The notes: generated by a model not told the origin, from the letters alone. A stretch of 32,000 nt of DNA from Nitrososphaerota archaeon (GCA_016871995.1 VHBL01000002.1:120001-152000), one strand, 5' to 3'. Numbered from the stretch's first letter, positions 1 through 9,881 are shown. Numbers and translations are program-made.

Positions 1-1
1 A

Positions 2-1435
2 GAGGCACCGTACAAGTCGTTCTTGTTTCAAGGGCATGTTCTAGATGAAAAAGGGAACAAGATGAGCAAGAGCCTTGGCAATGTCATCGAAGGTATACCA
101 ACATTAAGTGACAATCCAGTTGACATAGTACGCTTCTACATGATGTGGAAGGCCTCTCCTCTTGACGGTTTGAGCTTCAGCTACACAGAGATGAAGACCA
201 GAGCCTTCCAAATAATCAACACTATTTACCATTTGCACAAGTACTTCCAGCAGAACAGCAGATACGATGGATTTGATGCGAAGAAACATACACTGGAATG
301 GTCTGAAAAAAAGAAACTTTTCAAGGCTTCCGAATACTATCTGCTTTCCAAATTGGAACAAATGAAAGAGTCAGTAACCAGAGGATATCAAAGGTGCAGG
401 TTCCAAGACTCTGCAGCTGCGATAGACGCGTTTGTCATAGGCACTTTGAGCCAATCTTACCTACCTATGATAAGGGGAGAACTCTGGGACGACAGGGAAG
501 AAACACTAGAAAGGAGACTTGCGATATACGCTATACTTGGGCATGCGCTGATGCAGATTGACATTCTAACACATCCAATCTCACCATACATAACAGAGGC
601 ACTCTACCTGCAGGTCTTTTCGCCAGGAAAGTCTATACTCCTTGCTGAGTGGCCTTCCATAAAGCAACAATTGAGGGATAAGAAGCTTGAAGAAACCTTT
701 GCCGCAATCGATACGATTATATCTGTTACAAACGCTGCCAGAATGAAGGCAAAGGCAAAGCGGAGATGGCCTATGAAGAGTGCAACAGTCCTTGTGCCAG
801 CGACTATTAAGGGAGCGATCAATGAACATTTAGAGCTCCTGAAGGAGATGACAAACGTTAAGCAGATCGAGTTAAGTGACTCTGTAGAAAACGTTCCAAT
901 AAAGCTGAAACTGAAACCTAGGTGGGACTTGCTTGGTCCGATATTCAAGTCTGCACTAGGCAAAGCTAGAAAGGAGTTTGAGATGTTAGATCCAATACAG
1001 GTTAAGGAGAAACTAGACAATAGAGAATTTTTTGTATTAACAGTAGATTCACAGGAGTTCAGACTTTCACATAAGGAAATGGAGTTTGAGTTCGTCTCTG
1101 ACGAGCGACATGTAGTCGTAGAGAGGGAGAGCTACGTGGTTGCCTTATTGGCTGAGCGTGATATAGAGCTAGTTGCAGAAGGAACGATGCGCGACATAGC
1201 TAGAAGGTTGCAATCTTTGAGGAAGGAGAGAGGTTACAGCCCCACCGAAATACTTGATACAGCTTACATTGCTGGACTAGAGAGCGATTTTGCAGATACA
1301 GTTGCTAGAAAGAAAAGTGAACTTGCCTTCTTGGTACGCGTGAAGAAGGTCGAAATTGTTGATGATAACACAAAAGGGATAAAGTGGTCTGAAACAGAAC
1401 TTGATGGCAAAACATTCAAGATCGCTGTTCAGTAA
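2..1435 (+). CDS. ileS: isoleucyl-tRNA synthetase, C-terminal part (5' end lies outside the window)
   Basis: The frame is open from the window edge. The class-I KMSKS motif (GNKMSKSLGN) lies at nt 59-73. About 450 aa follow, with the P..D..FS pattern I associate with archaeal/eukaryote-type IleRS. Track ORF 23..1435 is the same frame read from its first TTG. Confidence 0.75.
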   Translation, partial: EAPYKSFLFQGHVLDEKGNKMSKSLGNVIEGIPTLSDNPVDIVRFYMMWKASPLDGLSFSYTEMKTRAFQIINTIYHLHKYFQQNSRYDGFDAKKHTLEWSEKKKLFKASEYYLLSKLEQMKESVTRGYQRCRFQDSAAAIDAFVIGTLSQSYLPMIRGELWDDREETLERRLAIYAILGHALMQIDILTHPISPYITEALYLQVFSPGKSILLAEWPSIKQQLRDKKLEETFAAIDTIISVTNAARMKAKAKRRWPMKSATVLVPATIKGAINEHLELLKEMTNVKQIELSDSVENVPIKLKLKPRWDLLGPIFKSALGKARKEFEMLDPIQVKEKLDNREFFVLTVDSQEFRLSHKEMEFEFVSDERHVVVERESYVVALLAERDIELVAEGTMRDIARRLQSLRKERGYSPTEILDTAYIAGLESDFADTVARKKSELAFLVRVKKVEIVDDNTKGIKWSETELDGKTFKIAVQ

Positions 1436-3002
1436 GCTTCCTCCAATCTTTCGAAACTCCAGCAATTTTAGCCACAATACCTGTCAAAGGCTTCATCCTG
1501 CTAGGTAAGAATTTATGCAAAAATGTTAGATCATCAACGGTGAACGTTCTAAATACACGCAAGAGGGCTATATAGATTATCGCCCCACAAGGCACCAGTA
1601 TTACCAAGGCGGCTAGCTGCCTTACATATCCGCCTATCATAGACGACAGGACTCCAAGTACTGTCCCCATTGTTATGCTGGCAGAGATTGAGGATAGCAG
1701 AGCTCTTCCATCAAGGACAAAGTACCCTAGCTTATTTGAAGAGTAAATAATCATGGCAGCTACTACAAATATCATTATCGCCCTTGCAAGGGCAGCGCCA
1801 ACAAAGTTTGAAATCGGAACAAGTGCTGTTAGAACTATCACAAAGACCAGTAGCCCAACAACGTTTGCTAACATGATCCACTTGACTTTGTCTGCCGCGA
1901 CGAGTTGTGCGTTGTATACTGACGTAAAGGAAGTGAGTGCAACTGCAATTGAAATTATTGCCGCTGGCAAGGCGCTGCTAGAGTAATCTGGACCAAAGAG
2001 CCTTGTCAATGGGAGGGCTAACGCAGCTATCATTATTGCTGTTGGTACTCCCAGCAGGGAAACATATCGTGCATAAACCTTCGAGATAGTTTTGAGCGAC
2101 ACCATGTCGTTTTTAGCAAGCATAGACGACATTGCGGGCACCAAAGCGGTGTTAAACGCATTTGGTGTATAGGCTCCTATTGTAGCCGCAGCAACCGCAA
2201 CTGTGTATATGCCAAGTTCTGGCAAACCTAGCTGGAACAAGGCAAATATTCTGTCGATCTGCGAAACTCCAAAGACTATGAACGACGAAACTAATAGAGG
2301 AAGCGAGAACCTTGCGACGGCAATTATTTCTACATGCTCATGTTTTCCCTTTAATCTCGAAAACAGCATAGGCGCAACGAGCAGTATCAAGGCAGCATCA
2401 CCAATTATGTATCCAATAACTGCACCAGCAACCTTGAACCCAAACGCTACAAAGATGGCTGCTAGACCGAACCTGAGAATAAGAGATACGCCATACAACA
2501 GTCCTGCCCTGCCAGACCTTCCTATGCCCACTACAGTAGCAAAGAAAAACTGGTTGAGCGTGAAGAAAAGAATCTCAAATGCCGCAAGTTGAATCCATAG
2601 CGTTTCTGCTTCTCCGTAGAAGACAAACTTTGCAATTGGTTCTGCTTGCCACAGAACGAGCAGTGTTATCGGGATTATGATCAAAAGAACCATAAAAAGA
2701 GCAATTTTGAATACTCCAATCATCTTTCCTTTTTGCGTAGAGCCATATTCAGGCATGAACTTTGACAGTGCATGCGGAATTGGAAGGCTGGTCATTATTG
2801 GTTGAGGGAGAGAGAAGTTGGCAACAGTAGAGGCCAAGTAAGCGAGAATCTGAATACCTGCGATGATACCGACTTCTCCAGTAGAGAGCAAATTGGTAAG
2901 AACAATAAAATGACCTGTGCTTGCAAAAGCACTGATAATGTTGGAAAAATAAATTCCTGTAGCTCCCCTCGCTACGCCTTCCCCAGAAGCCAAATTAGTC
3001 AT
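1416..3002 (-). CDS. MOP-superfamily polysaccharide/oligosaccharide flippase (Wzx/RfbX-like) membrane protein
   Basis: The 528-aa product is almost entirely hydrophobic helices (about 12-14 TM segments). The composition and length are typical of 'polysaccharide biosynthesis protein' flippases. It converges on ileS with a 20-nt overlap. Confidence 0.65.
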   Translation of the reverse strand: MTNLASGEGVARGATGIYFSNIISAFASTGHFIVLTNLLSTGEVGIIAGIQILAYLASTVANFSLPQPIMTSLPIPHALSKFMPEYGSTQKGKMIGVFKIALFMVLLIIIPITLLVLWQAEPIAKFVFYGEAETLWIQLAAFEILFFTLNQFFFATVVGIGRSGRAGLLYGVSLILRFGLAAIFVAFGFKVAGAVIGYIIGDAALILLVAPMLFSRLKGKHEHVEIIAVARFSLPLLVSSFIVFGVSQIDRIFALFQLGLPELGIYTVAVAAATIGAYTPNAFNTALVPAMSSMLAKNDMVSLKTISKVYARYVSLLGVPTAIMIAALALPLTRLFGPDYSSSALPAAIISIAVALTSFTSVYNAQLVAADKVKWIMLANVVGLLVFVIVLTALVPISNFVGAALARAIMIFVVAAMIIYSSNKLGYFVLDGRALLSSISASITMGTVLGVLSSMIGGYVRQLAALVILVPCGAIIYIALLRVFRTFTVDDLTFLHKFLPSRMKPLTGIVAKIAGVSKDWRKLTEQRS

Positions 3003-3036
3003 CTTTGCCTTTTTTGTTGCTGTATAAAAAGAAGTT

Positions 3037-3606
3037 TCACTTTAGGTATCTTCGCATCCCTGTATCCTCTGCCATCAAATGCAACCAGTTTATTTCTCCA
3101 AATCGCCTCTTCTTCGGATTATTCAGTTTGTCTAAGATCTCTTCGACGACTTCCTTCGGATTTCTGCCGGTAGTGTCTATCTCTGCTATTTTCGATTCTG
3201 TGAATGCTATTAACGCTTCCGAAAGGCACAGGTCTATAGCTTCTACGACGACGTTTGCTTTAATTTTGGTTTTAGAATATCCTCTTTCTCTATACCTTTT
3301 GACAAGCTCGTGCGGGGAACACCGAAGAACAACTGCAAAATCAACATAATCGTCAGGTATGCAGTGCGGTAGAAGATGCCCTACAAGTACTATTTTTTTC
3401 CCTTTTAGCAGCCGTGGCAATTTTTTGTAAACAATAGAAGTTTCAACTTCTATTCCATCCCTAGTTCTGATTTCCGCACCTAATTTCTCTGCAATAGCAT
3501 TAATATCAAAGAATTCGTATCCGAGTTTTTTGGCAACGAGCTTCCCTGCGGTCTTTTTACCCGTTGCTGGAGTCCCAGTTATGCCAATGATACTATTATT
3601 TTTCAA
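3037..3606 (-). CDS. Fap7/AK6-type putative adenylate kinase/NTPase
   Basis: The N-terminal P-loop IGITGTPATGKKTAGKLVA aligns with the AK6/Fap7 pattern LxTGTPGxGKTT. The 189-aa size fits, as does the later VxGH...VLRC layout. The start is TTG at 3606, because an in-frame TAG lies two codons upstream. Confidence 0.65.
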   Translation of the reverse strand: MKNNSIIGITGTPATGKKTAGKLVAKKLGYEFFDINAIAEKLGAEIRTRDGIEVETSIVYKKLPRLLKGKKIVLVGHLLPHCIPDDYVDFAVVLRCSPHELVKRYRERGYSKTKIKANVVVEAIDLCLSEALIAFTESKIAEIDTTGRNPKEVVEEILDKLNNPKKRRFGEINWLHLMAEDTGMRRYLK

Positions 3607-3865
3607 ACGCTAGACATGTAGTTCTATACTTTATTTCGCTACCGCATAGCACTAACAAACACCCCTGTATGTAACTAAGGGCCCCAAAGTCAAAGAGTTA
3701 CTAACAAAAGCTATCCTACATGCAAAAAATCCCCCTTCCCCCGTATATAAAGCGGAAAATGGATTGCAGATCAAAGACATAGGTATGGGAGAAAAATAGC
3801 ATTAACCCGCATACATGGCGTTATACTTAAGTAATACAAGTGAGATTTAAATCCGAGCTCGACGC

Positions 3866-4276
3866 ATGTTACTTCCTGCTGAAATTGAAGCCAGAACATC
3901 AGTACCCGCTATAAGGGCTCTCGTAGCAAGGAAGCTAACCAAGCAGTATCATATGGGTCAGCAAGATATTGCAAGAGTTTTAGGACTCACACAGGCAGCA
4001 GTGAGCAACTACATTACAGGTAGAAGAGGTAGCGTCTTCAGCGACGACGAACTTGTCAGTATTGATGGTGTTGTAAGCCAAATATGCACAATGCTACTCT
4101 CTGGGGCAGAAAGTGCAAAGGTTATCTCGAAATTCGATGAAGCCTGCCAAATCATGAGACACAAGAGACTCTTGTGCAGTGTCCACAAGCAGCTCGATGC
4201 GAATCTTGATGTCGAGAACTGTCATGTATGCGATGGTGAATCTGAATGGAAACCCGTTACTTTGAAGCTCAGCTAA
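3866..4276 (+). CDS. XRE-type HTH transcriptional regulator with C-terminal Cys/His cluster
   Basis: The HTH segment is QQDIARVLGLTQAAVSNYITGRRG. The C-terminal part carries C...C..H...C..C (CQIMRH..LCSVH...CHVC). It resembles small archaeal predicted regulators. It lies 48 nt upstream of the protease gene. Confidence 0.6.
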   Translation: MLLPAEIEARTSVPAIRALVARKLTKQYHMGQQDIARVLGLTQAAVSNYITGRRGSVFSDDELVSIDGVVSQICTMLLSGAESAKVISKFDEACQIMRHKRLLCSVHKQLDANLDVENCHVCDGESEWKPVTLKLS

Positions 4277-4294
4277 TCGCAGTTCGACATACCC

Positions 4295-4303
4295 TTTAAT
4301 AAA
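4295..4303 (+). promoter_or_regulatory. TATA-like box (TTTAATAAA) for the S8 protease gene
   Basis: It is centred about 26 nt upstream of ATG 4325. That spacing fits an archaeal leaderless transcript. Confidence 0.4.
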
Positions 4304-4324
4304 TGCAGTAGTTCGAAGTAGATT

Positions 4325-7300
4325 ATGCGTGTGGCCAGTCAAGTGCTAGCGATGTTACTTGTCGCTATGTTCGTTCTAACACCCTCAATATCGGCCATTA
4401 ACCTCCCAAAGACAGTCGAGGAAGATCTTCTACCAATAATCCCGAAGGATTATGCGGCATACATTAAAGCTAAGCAATACACATCTATTGAGCAGTTCTA
4501 TAGCGAAATTGGTTATTGGAACCAGGCCTCAGATACAGTCCGTGCATTGATTCTGTACAATGCTGGGGAATTGGTATATGCACCTGAGGGCGTGAGCATA
4601 AAGCACGTGTACAAGACGCTCCCAATGGCGTCTGTAAATGTTGACAGGGAGAGGTTCACCGAGCTCTCTCAACTTGCAGGCATAAAGAAGGTCTATCTTG
4701 ATCAGAAGTTTGAAACTACCTCAATTAACCTTCTGAATATGGCTAGCGGGAAGCTCAAGGCTGATGCTACCTACCCCTACATAGGGAAGTACCCTACATT
4801 GCTTAACGATACTACCAAGCTGATCGGAGCACAAGATCTCTGGCGGAGAGGCATAATGGGCAACGGCACGATCATCGCAATACTCGATACTGGTATTGAT
4901 TCCACCCATCCTAACATGCTATTCCTTCCAAACTCCCAGCAGAAGAAAGTGATCAAAGAGATCTCAATGGTGGACATATTTGACGAAGTTGGAGATGTTA
5001 GCGATAAGTCTGGACACGGAAGCCATACTGCTGGCATAGCATCTTCAAGCGGTGCAGTTGGGGGCACTAAGATACTAGCAACTTCAGTAGGACAGGAAAT
5101 TATCAATGCTACAATCCTTCCAAATACCCAGATGGGTGTAGCCCCAATGTCTAAGATTTACAACGTGAAGGTTCTTAGCAATCAAGGTTTCGGCCTGTTA
5201 TCTTGGATCATAAGCGGGATAGAATGGGCATCAGAGAACGGTGCCGATGTAATTTCAATGAGCCTCGGTGCATACCCGTTTTTCTTAGAAGATGATCCTC
5301 TCTCTATGGCTGTCGAGAAGGCTGTTAGAAACAACGTGACAGTAGTTACATCGGCTGGAAACGTGGGGCCAACAACCTTTGCAGTAGGCACCCCGGGGAT
5401 AAGCAGAGATGCGATAGCTGTCGCAGCGGCGTATGGAACTAGATATCCAATCTACTTCAGTAGCAGAGGTCCTGCATCGTACAATCTCATACAAAAGCCA
5501 GATATTCTTGCACCGGGGATGGTGGTTTCTAACTGGGCTTTCTACCAGCTCTTTGAGGAAACCTTCTATCTTGAATTGGCAGGAACTTCGATGGCCGCAC
5601 CTCATGTCGCAGGTGCGGCAGCAATGTTGAAACAGGCATTTCCAGCTGCAAGTCCCTATGCAATAAAGGCAGCCTTGCTTAAAGGTGCAACCGACATCGG
5701 TTTAGAACCCAATGTTCAGGGCGCAGGGTTCCTGAATGTTTCAAAGGCTTATGACATACTTGCTGCATCACAAGGTGATTTTAGGCAGCTGGCGGCTCCT
5801 GAGGCGAAGGTAGACCCAGTTCGTCCAATTTCCAACCTTATAGGCGGTTTGGCAGGAACCAGAGTCAGGTTTATTGGAACGCCAGAACTTTACAGCAATT
5901 TCTTGAACAGGCTCATTATGGAGGGAGCAACAATATCCGTGCAGAATTTTGGGCCTCTTACGGTTGAATCTCTAGCTGACATTGATGTTCTGATGCTTGC
6001 TGAGCCTAGCAATCTGAGTAACACGCTCTATAACAAGACAGCTATAGATCTCTTCGTCGGCTCTGGCAAATCGCTGTTCTTCATAGGGGATACCCTGAGA
6101 AATGGGTACGACAATATTACAAAACAGTATGGCATAAATTGGAACACTCTGGCAATGGGAGGATCGGTTACTAGATTTGGCAACCATCCCATTACACAAG
6201 GGCTCAAGCAGTTATGGTTAGGAGGATCCATAGCAAGCCTAAAAGTGGGTACAGGTGCGCAAGTCATCGCTCAAGACTTTCTATATCCTGTGGCAGCATT
6301 GTGGACAGGTATTGGAGGAAGGAGCAAGGTCTTCGTCCTTGCCGATGACGATGTTCTAAACGATGCAAATATTAAAAAATTTGACAATCTAGCTTTCGGG
6401 CTGAACATTATCGCATTTCTGGCCTCTGAGAGGATTGCTAACAGTCCTCCTGTGCATGAAGTTGGCGTTGGATTACGCTACCCAAAATTCATACTCAATG
6501 CAAGCACAATAACATTCAAGGTTGACGTATCTAACTTTGGAAGTTTTACAGAGAGAGTGAGTGTATCAGTGAACATAACCAACGAGCGCGGTATCGTTGT
6601 ACAGCGGCTTACTGACACCATAACCGACCTCTTCCCCGGATCTACAAGGAGTGCAACCTTTACGAGCAGTGTGATAAGAACGCAAAACCAGTTTGCAGAA
6701 TATAGAATTGTAGTCCAAACGGGTATAGGTTTCCGAGAGGTAAGTTCGCAAAACAACAGGCTAAGTGCGACATTTGATGTCATTGCAAGAAACCAACAAT
6801 CTGGCACAAACCCCAGGGTTGCAGTTTTTGCACCCAGCAAGATCACGTCGTCTTTATACCCAACTATGACCTACTTCCCCGGAGACTTCAAGGTTCTTAA
6901 TGTCACACTTCTTTCGAGCTATCAGCTGAACAATGCAAGGGTGCGCATAGTAGGCAATGTGTCACAGTTTACATCGTTCTCGAATGCAAAACGTCTTGTA
7001 GAGACTACTATCTTCTTCGATTTCCCTGACAGCACCCCTCTAACATTCAATTACGGCAAGAAGTATGATGCGGGCAAAGAAATTGTTCTGGGTTCTGTAA
7101 TGGGCTACAAAGGCCTTCCGATCCAGATAATTATCGATGATAATGCAAGACCAGGCAGGTATACTGGCGCAATAGAGCTTGTAGAGGGCAACAGCGTTAC
7201 GCTAAGGCTTCCTATAGAGCTCTCCATTTCAAATCCTAAAGGCGTCATACTGTATGACGATGTATTTCATGGATTTGACCTTCTTGGAACCATCATCCCA

Positions 7301-8899
7301 GACGAAGTTGAGCGGTTGTGGGGAGGTTCGTTCAGAGGGGCTGGTCCCGCACAATGGTACGAAAAGATGGCGAAGAGCGGCTTTCAGCTAGTTTCACTGA
7401 AACAATACATGAACAACACTGGTATCAAAGACCCTTGGCAGGTATTCACCAGTGGAAAATTCAAGAACATAATACTACATGACACAGAAATGCATGCTGG
7501 CAGGATTGGAATGTTCACGACGTTGCTCAGGAACGGCACGAATCTGGAGATTCACTATGACAACGACTTTAGAGGCGCATCATTAGGCTCAGTTTCGATA
7601 GACAAGACAACGTTTTTTGGACTTGCAAGAAACTTCAACGCTTCAAACCCAATAGGAAGAGGCATCGCGAACGCAACTTTTCTCTTCGGAGTGGAACTCT
7701 CAGCGCAACCTGGTGCGCAAATCATAGCAACGGCTTATAGCCCTGCAAGCCCAGAATTGTCTGGAATAATAGCGGCATCGTTCAAGGTTGATGGGGGAGG
7801 CAAACTCGTAGCAATAGGCGACTCGAATCTCTTTGAGAATACTGCAGATTACTATTGGTTGCTGTATATTGCAGCCTTCGGAATCAATGCGACAACCTTA
7901 GGAGAATTTCAGCTCGGGGTCAACGCAGCGGCATACCTGACCAATGCACCTCCAGCGATAAACAACTTGGCAACTGATAGGGCAACGTATGGAGCAGGAA
8001 GCCAAGTGCAATTAACATTCAACTCTCCTACGGCCACGACTGCAAGGATAACACTCAAGGATCCTGCAGGTAATGCGCTTTCTACGATTCAGCAGGGAGC
8101 ATCTGCAAACAACAGAATCACGTTGCCTCTTTCAGACAAACTTGCTCCAGGATCTTATTCGATAGATGCCCGGGTTACAGATGATATGGGAGACTTTTCA
8201 AACAGAGCAATATCTTTTGCAATAAGGAATACAGTAGCACCGACACTGCAGATAGTCAGCCCTAAGGCTGACGATAAGATAATAGGAATGACCAGAATTG
8301 AAGTACTTGGAGAGGCAAAATCCCCAGGTACCATGGATCTCTTCATAGATAACGACAAAGCTGCTACATGGTCTATAGGCGCCAGAACTTACCTATGGGA
8401 CACTTCGAAAGTTGCAGAAGGGCAGCACAGAATAAGGGTGGCAGCCATTGATGAAGATGGTAATTCTAACGAAACAACGGTAAGTGTCCAAGTAGCCAGG
8501 CCTCCTAAAGCCCCGCCGCCAAACCTCCAGATCATAAGCCCCATCCCCAACCAGAAACTCATGGGAGCTGTAAAGATAGAAGTTCTTGGGGAGGCAAAGG
8601 CGCCAGCAACTATGGATCTCTTTATCGATGATCAAAAGGTTCAGGGCTGGTCTGACGTGGGGCTAAGGAGTTACATATGGAACTCATCGCTAGCAACTGA
8701 AGGAATTCATAAGATAAGAGTAGTTGCAAATGATCAAGACGGCAACACCAGGGAAGCTTCAATAGATGTCATAGCAGCAAGACCAGAGGTGCTTCCGCCT
8801 CCTCCATTGCTTACAAACACAGAGATAATCATCATAGTGATGAATGTTATCACGATAGCATCTCTAGCAATACTGATAATCAAAAGGCGCAAAAAATAG
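4325..8899 (+). CDS. large secreted, membrane-anchored subtilisin-like (S8) serine protease, 1524 aa
   Basis: The signal peptide is MRVASQVLAMLLVAMFVLTPSISA. The catalytic triad motifs are AILDTGID (Asp), HGSHTAGIA (His) and GTSMAAPHVAG (Ser), with SAGN for the oxyanion Asn. A long C-terminal extension follows. It has two segments ending in ...ADDDVLND / ...IGDSNLFEN, then two tandem Ig-like repeats, a Pro-rich stalk, a TM helix and KRRKK. Confidence 0.9.
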   Translation: MRVASQVLAMLLVAMFVLTPSISAINLPKTVEEDLLPIIPKDYAAYIKAKQYTSIEQFYSEIGYWNQASDTVRALILYNAGELVYAPEGVSIKHVYKTLPMASVNVDRERFTELSQLAGIKKVYLDQKFETTSINLLNMASGKLKADATYPYIGKYPTLLNDTTKLIGAQDLWRRGIMGNGTIIAILDTGIDSTHPNMLFLPNSQQKKVIKEISMVDIFDEVGDVSDKSGHGSHTAGIASSSGAVGGTKILATSVGQEIINATILPNTQMGVAPMSKIYNVKVLSNQGFGLLSWIISGIEWASENGADVISMSLGAYPFFLEDDPLSMAVEKAVRNNVTVVTSAGNVGPTTFAVGTPGISRDAIAVAAAYGTRYPIYFSSRGPASYNLIQKPDILAPGMVVSNWAFYQLFEETFYLELAGTSMAAPHVAGAAAMLKQAFPAASPYAIKAALLKGATDIGLEPNVQGAGFLNVSKAYDILAASQGDFRQLAAPEAKVDPVRPISNLIGGLAGTRVRFIGTPELYSNFLNRLIMEGATISVQNFGPLTVESLADIDVLMLAEPSNLSNTLYNKTAIDLFVGSGKSLFFIGDTLRNGYDNITKQYGINWNTLAMGGSVTRFGNHPITQGLKQLWLGGSIASLKVGTGAQVIAQDFLYPVAALWTGIGGRSKVFVLADDDVLNDANIKKFDNLAFGLNIIAFLASERIANSPPVHEVGVGLRYPKFILNASTITFKVDVSNFGSFTERVSVSVNITNERGIVVQRLTDTITDLFPGSTRSATFTSSVIRTQNQFAEYRIVVQTGIGFREVSSQNNRLSATFDVIARNQQSGTNPRVAVFAPSKITSSLYPTMTYFPGDFKVLNVTLLSSYQLNNARVRIVGNVSQFTSFSNAKRLVETTIFFDFPDSTPLTFNYGKKYDAGKEIVLGSVMGYKGLPIQIIIDDNARPGRYTGAIELVEGNSVTLRLPIELSISNPKGVILYDDVFHGFDLLGTIIPDEVERLWGGSFRGAGPAQWYEKMAKSGFQLVSLKQYMNNTGIKDPWQVFTSGKFKNIILHDTEMHAGRIGMFTTLLRNGTNLEIHYDNDFRGASLGSVSIDKTTFFGLARNFNASNPIGRGIANATFLFGVELSAQPGAQIIATAYSPASPELSGIIAASFKVDGGGKLVAIGDSNLFENTADYYWLLYIAAFGINATTLGEFQLGVNAAAYLTNAPPAINNLATDRATYGAGSQVQLTFNSPTATTARITLKDPAGNALSTIQQGASANNRITLPLSDKLAPGSYSIDARVTDDMGDFSNRAISFAIRNTVAPTLQIVSPKADDKIIGMTRIEVLGEAKSPGTMDLFIDNDKAATWSIGARTYLWDTSKVAEGQHRIRVAAIDEDGNSNETTVSVQVARPPKAPPPNLQIISPIPNQKLMGAVKIEVLGEAKAPATMDLFIDDQKVQGWSDVGLRSYIWNSSLATEGIHKIRVVANDQDGNTREASIDVIAARPEVLPPPPLLTNTEIIIIVMNVITIASLAILIIKRRKK
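8240..8797 (+). repeat. two tandem 279-bp (93-aa) Ig-like domain repeats within the protease gene
   Basis: Unit 1 is PTLQIVSPKADDKIIGMTRIEVLGEAKSPGTMDLFIDNDK...HRIRVAAIDEDGNSNETTVSVQVARP. Unit 2 is PNLQIISPIPNQKLMGAVKIEVLGEAKAPATMDLFIDDQK...HKIRVVANDQDGNTREASIDVIAARP. The unit starts at 8240 and 8519 are exactly 279 nt apart. Confidence 0.85.
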
Positions 8900-8901
8900 G
8901 A

Positions 8902-8924
8902 GAAGAGGGCAAAATGCCCTTTTC
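8902..8924. terminator. bidirectional hairpin between convergent genes
   Basis: GAAGAGGGCA-aaa-TGCCCTTTTC forms a 10-bp stem with one G.U pair, followed by a T-rich run. It sits exactly between the protease stop (8897-8899) and the stop of the minus-strand gene (8925-8927). Confidence 0.45.
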
Positions 8925-9776
8925 TTAGCCGCTGATGCCGTAGCCTACGTACACGTTTACTGAAACTTGGAACTCACCGGGCACTATTTCTGTTGGCGGA
9001 GCAGCTTGAGCAGCAGCAACTTCGCGGGCTCCCTTGAAGATCGATGTTGGGATTGGCACATAGACATTTTCAGAGATGCTACTAACACCGAGTAACTTCA
9101 CACCCAGAGCAGCAGACATTGTCGTTGCCTTGTCCTTCGCATCCTCGATAGCTGCCTTTAGAGCCTGCGTTCTGAGAACCTTGATCGTCTCATCGCCTAC
9201 TGCAAAGGTAATTCCGTTGATACCCGTCACACCAGAAGATATTGCTGTATCAATTATTCTGCCAGCTCTACTGCCAAGCTGCGTAGTATCCTGCGACTTT
9301 ACTGTCACAGTGATGCTATGCTCTAAGACGTACCCCGTAATCTGCGGTGGTTGATCTCTTGGGTAGAAGTACGCTGGACTCAAGTTGATTGAGTTCGTTT
9401 GTATTTCGCTTCTTGCAATTCCCTCTGCTGTCATTGCTTGCACCAGTTTATTGAATACTCCCGCGGCAGTTTCAGTTGCCTGTTGTGCAGTCTTTGACTC
9501 TTGCCTAACGCTCAGCGTAACTAGGACTCTGTCAGGATTCGCCTTTGCCATCCCTGTCCCACTCACTGAGAGCACGTTTTCGAACTTTGCACCATCAGTT
9601 TTGGGTGCGGCTACCTGCTCAGGTGCAGGCACTTGGCCGCCGGGCGGTCTTATGACTATTCCTTCGTTTGGCTGACCTATTTGCGATGGCGATATACTCG
9701 ATATCACCAGTATGACTGCGGCTACCAGGGCCAGTGATACCAGCCCAGCACCGAACATGATTTTTTCTTTTGTCAT
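8925..9776 (-). CDS. SIMPL/DUF541-family secreted or membrane-anchored protein
   Basis: The family-typical layout is present: ...LSVSGTGMAKANPDRVLVTLSV...INLSPAY...ITGYVLEHSITVTV...GINGITFAV...A. The track ORF extends to 9839. The likely start is M22 (MTKEKIMFGAGLVSLALVAAV, a signal anchor) at 9776, with 9785 and 9758 as alternatives. Confidence 0.7.
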   Translation of the reverse strand: MTKEKIMFGAGLVSLALVAAVILVISSISPSQIGQPNEGIVIRPPGGQVPAPEQVAAPKTDGAKFENVLSVSGTGMAKANPDRVLVTLSVRQESKTAQQATETAAGVFNKLVQAMTAEGIARSEIQTNSINLSPAYFYPRDQPPQITGYVLEHSITVTVKSQDTTQLGSRAGRIIDTAISSGVTGINGITFAVGDETIKVLRTQALKAAIEDAKDKATTMSAALGVKLLGVSSISENVYVPIPTSIFKGAREVAAAQAAPPTEIVPGEFQVSVNVYVGYGISG

Positions 9777-9881
9777 ACATATCATTAGAAAACCAGAGGG
9801 TATAATCCTTGCATCTGAAACAGGCTGTTCTAGCCACACGAACGGCTAAACTTAATTCCCTCACACCGTTTTCCACAAGAT

